From Desulfatiglandales bacterium (lineage in GTDB: Bacteria; Desulfobacterota; DSM-4660; Desulfatiglandales; HGW-15), in NCBI GenBank assembly GCA_963667015.2, contig CAXXJJ010000004.1:3776001-3840000 (forward strand): a stretch of 64,000 bases of DNA. The letters run 5' to 3'. The notes beneath the pieces are model-generated. The model was not told where the DNA came from. It did not search any database and saw only the letters and a program-made list of their open reading frames with translations. The translations under genes and the position numbers were made by a program. Shown here piece after piece: positions 59,925-64,000 of this stretch. Each line of letters opens with the position of its first letter. Position 1 is the first letter of the stretch.

Positions 59925-60246
59925 AAAAGAATCAAACCGGCTTTTCCGGTACTACATAGTCTTTTTATCGATATTTCCAGTTTGACACACAAGAGGATTT
60001 ATTGAAATTATAGGCACATTCACAATCAAGGGTCGTGATGTGCTTGTCCGAAGACGGTAAGAGCTTCAGCCGCATAGTAGAAAGCAAAGACGCTCAGGGC
60101 AATGATATCAGGGTTATTCAGTTTTTTGAAAAGCAGTAAAGCCGTTTGTCACGGTTGTTCCCTTTAAAATCAATTCAATTGCCTGCCTGCAATCATTACA
60201 GGCATTGCGGCGCAGGCGCATTTAATGCATATTCCGGGAGGCTAAA

Positions 60247-61605
60247 ATGAAGAAAATATCAGTTTATATCCTTATTCCACTGCTTGCGGCAGTCATCCTT
60301 TCAACCTTATCTCATACAGAAGATTCAAATGCGGCTGATAACCCGGAGATCACCATTGTCTACAGCAGTAATGTTCTGGGTTATTATCAGCCATGCGGCT
60401 GCAGTGAAGGCGAACAGCTTGGCGGATTGTACAAAAGGTCCACATACCTTAACAATTTTAGAAAAGAACATGGCGAGGTTATCATAGTCGATTCCGGTGA
60501 TCTGCTAAATGAGAATGAAGATCTTTCCGACAAAGTACTTGAATCGGCAAAACTTAAAGCTAAGCTCATAGCTCAGATATACAATACAACAGGAATCGAT
60601 GCAGTGGCTGTCGGTGAACTGGACCTGGTTTTAGGTATTGATTTTCTTAAAGAGCTGCAGGGAAAATATAATTTCCCTTTCATTTCCGCCAACCTGGTTG
60701 ATGAGAAGAACATCCCCTTTTTTAAGCCCTACATTATTAAAAAAATAAACGGAAAGAATGTTGGTATATTCGGGCTTATAGGAAGCAGTTCCGAGATGGG
60801 TTCGAAAATAGAAAAGCTTACAGGCGGTAAAGCAAAGGTTCTGGATACTTTAAAGACCGCAGAAACCATTATTAATGAACTGTCAGGGAAAGTCGATTAC
60901 ATGGTTGCAGTTGCTCATCAGCGAACCAACAGAAACTGGGTAATGGCAAAAAAGGTACCGGGAATAGATTTGATTGTCGTAGGTCATGATAAGCTCAAAA
61001 CAGAGAAACCAAGTAAGGCCGGTAATTCCCTTATTGTACAGGCAGGAGAAAAGGCCCAGCACCTTGGAGTGCTGGAGGTTACAATAAATGATTCTCAAAC
61101 TGAGCATAACATGCTGGTCCCCCTTGGCAACAAAATAGAAGATGATCAGAAGATCAAGGATATGATAGGTGAGTATGAACACAGTGTCGCATCTATGTAT
61201 AATAACCAGGTTCAGGAAAATGCCGCCACTAAAAATGTTGTATCAAGAGTTGCTGTGTGTGAAGCCTGCCATGAAGATCAGGTAAAGGCATGGGACGCCA
61301 CGGACCATGCCCATGCATACGATACGCTGGTCCAAAAATCAAAGCAGCTTGACCCTGACTGCCTGAACTGTCACACAACCCGTTTCGAGCAGCCCGAAGG
61401 CTTTACTATGCAACTTAAGCAGATGGAACTGGCAAATGTTCAGTGCGAAAATTGTCATGGGTTTGCAAAGGAACACCTGAATGACGGAACGCCGATTCCT
61501 GTGGCAAAGCCTGGTATGGATCTATGCCTTAAATGCCACAGCCCCTATCGGTCACCTGATTTTGAAAAGAATGCTGCTGAGATTTTTGAGAAAATAAAAC
61601 ACTAG
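60247..61605 (+). CDS. UshA-like metallophosphoesterase domain fused to a tetraheme cytochrome c (Cys form, PCGC)
   Basis: Signal peptide; QPCGC....LGG, VDSGDL, VGELD, ISANL, VGHD; CEACH, CLNCH, CENCH, CLKCH. Confidence 0.88.
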   Translation: MKKISVYILIPLLAAVILSTLSHTEDSNAADNPEITIVYSSNVLGYYQPCGCSEGEQLGGLYKRSTYLNNFRKEHGEVIIVDSGDLLNENEDLSDKVLESAKLKAKLIAQIYNTTGIDAVAVGELDLVLGIDFLKELQGKYNFPFISANLVDEKNIPFFKPYIIKKINGKNVGIFGLIGSSSEMGSKIEKLTGGKAKVLDTLKTAETIINELSGKVDYMVAVAHQRTNRNWVMAKKVPGIDLIVVGHDKLKTEKPSKAGNSLIVQAGEKAQHLGVLEVTINDSQTEHNMLVPLGNKIEDDQKIKDMIGEYEHSVASMYNNQVQENAATKNVVSRVAVCEACHEDQVKAWDATDHAHAYDTLVQKSKQLDPDCLNCHTTRFEQPEGFTMQLKQMELANVQCENCHGFAKEHLNDGTPIPVAKPGMDLCLKCHSPYRSPDFEKNAAEIFEKIKH

Positions 61606-61619
61606 TCAATGTAATTTTT

Positions 61620-61646
61620 GTAGAGACAGGTTTCAAACCTGTCTCT
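61620..61646. repeat. GTAG-family REP-like palindrome / terminator between convergent genes
   Basis: GTAGAGACAGGTTT-C-AAACCTGTCTCT. Confidence 0.6.
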
Positions 61647-61668
61647 GATTTTTCATTCCAACATTTTA

Positions 61669-62808
61669 CTATAGCATTTCGATATAGGCCTCTATTCTAA
61701 CCCGGAGCTGTCCGGTATCGCTCTCGGAATAATCCGTTTCCAGGTGCAGCGACGGAACGCCCAGGAGCTCCTGGACCAGCTCATCCACCATAAAGGCTTC
61801 AATGTTGTAGGTGTGGCAGGCCTGCCAGGTGAGATCGATTACGCCGTCAACAGAGAAATCCCTGATTATTTCGGAAAGGAGATCAAACCTGCCATTATTG
61901 GGACTCATAACCGAGCAGGGGGTCCTAAGATACTGTTCGGCCAGGGCATCCATGGGGTCTTTATCCTCTGCGACCTGGAAGGCCTGCTTGTAACCGGAAC
62001 AGCTCTCAAAGGCAACCACGTCTGCCCCGATCTGCTCAACTATCCTGATAACCTTTTCACTCCCGATTCCGACCGGAACACCGGTAAGGAGAATTCTTTT
62101 TTTATTGTTGCCGCTTTCCACCGGGGAGGCTGTTTCATGGTGCTTTATAACTTCCTGCATCAGATCGATACCTTTTTCCTTGTTCGCCAGAAACCCAACC
62201 TTTAAAGAGGACCTCGAGCAGTTGCGTAAACCTGGAAGCGGCGCGGGTATTGGCTTTATTGATAGGTCCATCAGGGCCTTTCTTGTCATGCGTTCCCTGT
62301 TCATCAGCCCTATGGCATCCTTTAGTTTATCCTGAGTGTAATCGTTACACCGGTCAGTTGTTCCACAATGGCCTTGAAATGATGCAGCTCATTTTTCCAT
62401 GCTGCAAGCGCCAGTGTCATCATCCTGCAGTGAAGGCAATTGCATCACGTGGGTTGTCTTGGTTCGGTTCAACAGTTCGAACATCTTCTTTTTACCGTCG
62501 CAGGTAGTGTCACCTATGATAATATCGGAAAAGGCGAAAAAAGGGCAGGTATCAGTAATTGCAAATCCATAGCTCGATTTGATCAGCGGGCATAGGTTGC
62601 GCGGAAGCACATCTTCGGCTGCGGTTATGGGGTTGTTGCTGGTGCCGCACAGGGGCAATGGAATAGCGCCGGCGGCAACGGCTATCTCCATGGGAGAATA
62701 GAGGCAGTAGTATCCTACAGCGGCTCTGCCGTCCTTTTTCATCTGTTCAATATCCTCAGGATTCTGATCCATGGCCTGCTGGAGTCTTGTCATCAGTTTT
62801 TCAGTCAT
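61669..62808 (-). pseudogene. Second double-cubane-type reductase, disrupted by small indels (pseudogene or consensus errors)
   Basis: YCLYSP, LCGT, LCPLIKSSYG, TTCDGKKK, ESCSG, CSVMSPN, ACHTYNIE. The homologous segments LALAAWKNELHHFKAIVEQLTGVTIT and QLLEVLFK lie in shifted frames. Confidence 0.8.
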
Positions 62809-63334
62809 ATCTGCACCTTTCGCAACCGGTTATTTTCAAGAGAAATTTGTTAACTGATTTTATGAATAAGTCAGATGGAATTTTAATTGAGGAGAAAGGA
62901 ATGTCAAACAAGAGTTTCCGATCTATTTAAGTTATCTCATAGACACACCCTATTTATCTATGCCATTTAACGGTTTATTTTCTTTCCTAACAGCCTTCTT
63001 TGATTTTTTCCTTCCCACAATAACATTCCTACACGTAACACCCAGTATCTTTTTATTCTGCATTGCAGAAACAGTCCCACCCTGAAACCTCTAGGATGAC
63101 ATTGGAGCCTGCATGACATGAGAAACTGCCCATCCCGCTTTTCTCATCAAATTACCCTAATTATTTATAAGGGTGGCCGCTTCACAAGTTGTTGTCTTGT
63201 GAAAGGGGCAGTTATCATGTTATTAGATAAAATAGTTTCAACCTTATAATAGGACATGTGCTGTTTTTCCATACCAAAGGTGCATGTAAACTGCGCGAAC
63301 AACGGCATCCCAAATATCATTAAGGAGTAAAAAT

Positions 63335-63883
63335 ATGAAAACCGCTATTATCCTTCTTATTGCAGTCTTGTCATTCTGTTGTATTCCTGAAGCATCAGCA
63401 CTTGACAGGATTATCATTACAAATAACAAAGAACTTATCACCTTTGATGACATCATAGCTGAGTATAAAGGATTAAAAAGAGATTTGGAATCTGAGCGTA
63501 ATAATTTTGAAGAAACAGACGCATATATAAATCGAATAAAAAAGAGTAAAGAAAAATTATCTTCGTTTTTAAATACAGTATATGAAGGGCAATTCAATTT
63601 AGATAATGTTTCAATGGATTGGAGCAGTAATCGATTAATTACAACAAGGGAACTTCCCGTTGAATTTACAGGGGGAGAAGATGGATGCAAAGAACTTTTA
63701 ATATCAACAGTCTTGCCACATCTAAGGCTTAGAGAACTCATCACCTTTAAAAAACATATTAGCTACTTTATCACTTTTAAGTTAAATGAAAATTGCGTCA
63801 TGCAATTCATAAATATAAAGGTGGTTTATAGAGGAGAGGAAATCCTTAATGAGATGAGTATACAGGAAAAGGGACATCTTTAA
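63335..63883 (+). CDS. Secreted hypothetical protein
   Basis: AAGGAG RBS; signal peptide MKTAIILLIAVLSFCCIPEASA. Confidence 0.7.
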   Translation: MKTAIILLIAVLSFCCIPEASALDRIIITNNKELITFDDIIAEYKGLKRDLESERNNFEETDAYINRIKKSKEKLSSFLNTVYEGQFNLDNVSMDWSSNRLITTRELPVEFTGGEDGCKELLISTVLPHLRLRELITFKKHISYFITFKLNENCVMQFINIKVVYRGEEILNEMSIQEKGHL

Positions 63884-64000
63884 TCATTTAAAGATGCCCC
63901 TGTTTATATTCAACAGGGAAAGATCCCTCGCCGGGATGGATCTTAGTTTAAAAGGTTTTCTGACTTCAGGCGGCCAATGATTTCCGTTGTGGATTTAAGC

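Noticed and set aside
60028..60139. Gene-like fragment (SEDGKSFSRIVESKDAQGNDIRVIQFFEKQ*) upstream of the UshA-like gene
   Set aside because: No RBS or intact 5' part; cannot be assigned without a search.
62389..62391. In-frame TGA between the two halves of the second DCCP gene as a third Sec codon
   Set aside because: The family-like sequence around it (LALAAWKNELHHF...) is in a different frame. The TGA is a by-product of compensating indels and no convincing hairpin follows.
1..64000. Genome-wide UGA reassignment (genetic code 4 or 25) as explanation for the in-frame TGAs
   Set aside because: Many genes end cleanly at TGA (e.g. 13470, 23494, 37654), Trp is encoded by TGG throughout, and long ORFs are otherwise uninterrupted.

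Overview
AT-rich anaerobe genome window. Gene content suggests a Desulfobacterota/deltaproteobacterium (inference). Left part: a Tat-exported Fe-S subunit plus AOR-family (tungsten) oxidoreductase, GNATs, a HigBA toxin-antitoxin pair, and a sigma54 two-component system facing a MacAB-type exporter operon with four tandem, mosaic ABC-permease paralogs, a fifth remnant and many nested palindromic spacer repeats. Centre (33.8-45.1 kb) is the main finding, a divergent selenium-linked island. One arm encodes a double-cubane-type reductase, a TauABC/SsuABC-like ABC importer and a TonB-dependent receptor. Both the substrate-binding protein and the receptor are split in the ORF track by a single in-frame UGA, each followed by a SECIS-like hairpin whose loop starts 19 nt downstream, so both are probably selenoproteins. 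The other arm encodes a porin, YedE, YedF/TusA, DUF3343, a kinase-like protein and the reductase's likely ATP-dependent activase. Right part: signalling genes, yqeB, a candidate 19-codon leader peptide with UGA plus an fdhF-like SECIS ahead of an atypical Tat-exported xanthine-oxidase-family enzyme, Cys versions of usually-Sec families (HesB-like, UshA-like multiheme) and a second, frameshifted double-cubane reductase. No rRNA, tRNA, CRISPR array or transposase was seen. All calls are by eye from motifs; no searches were run.
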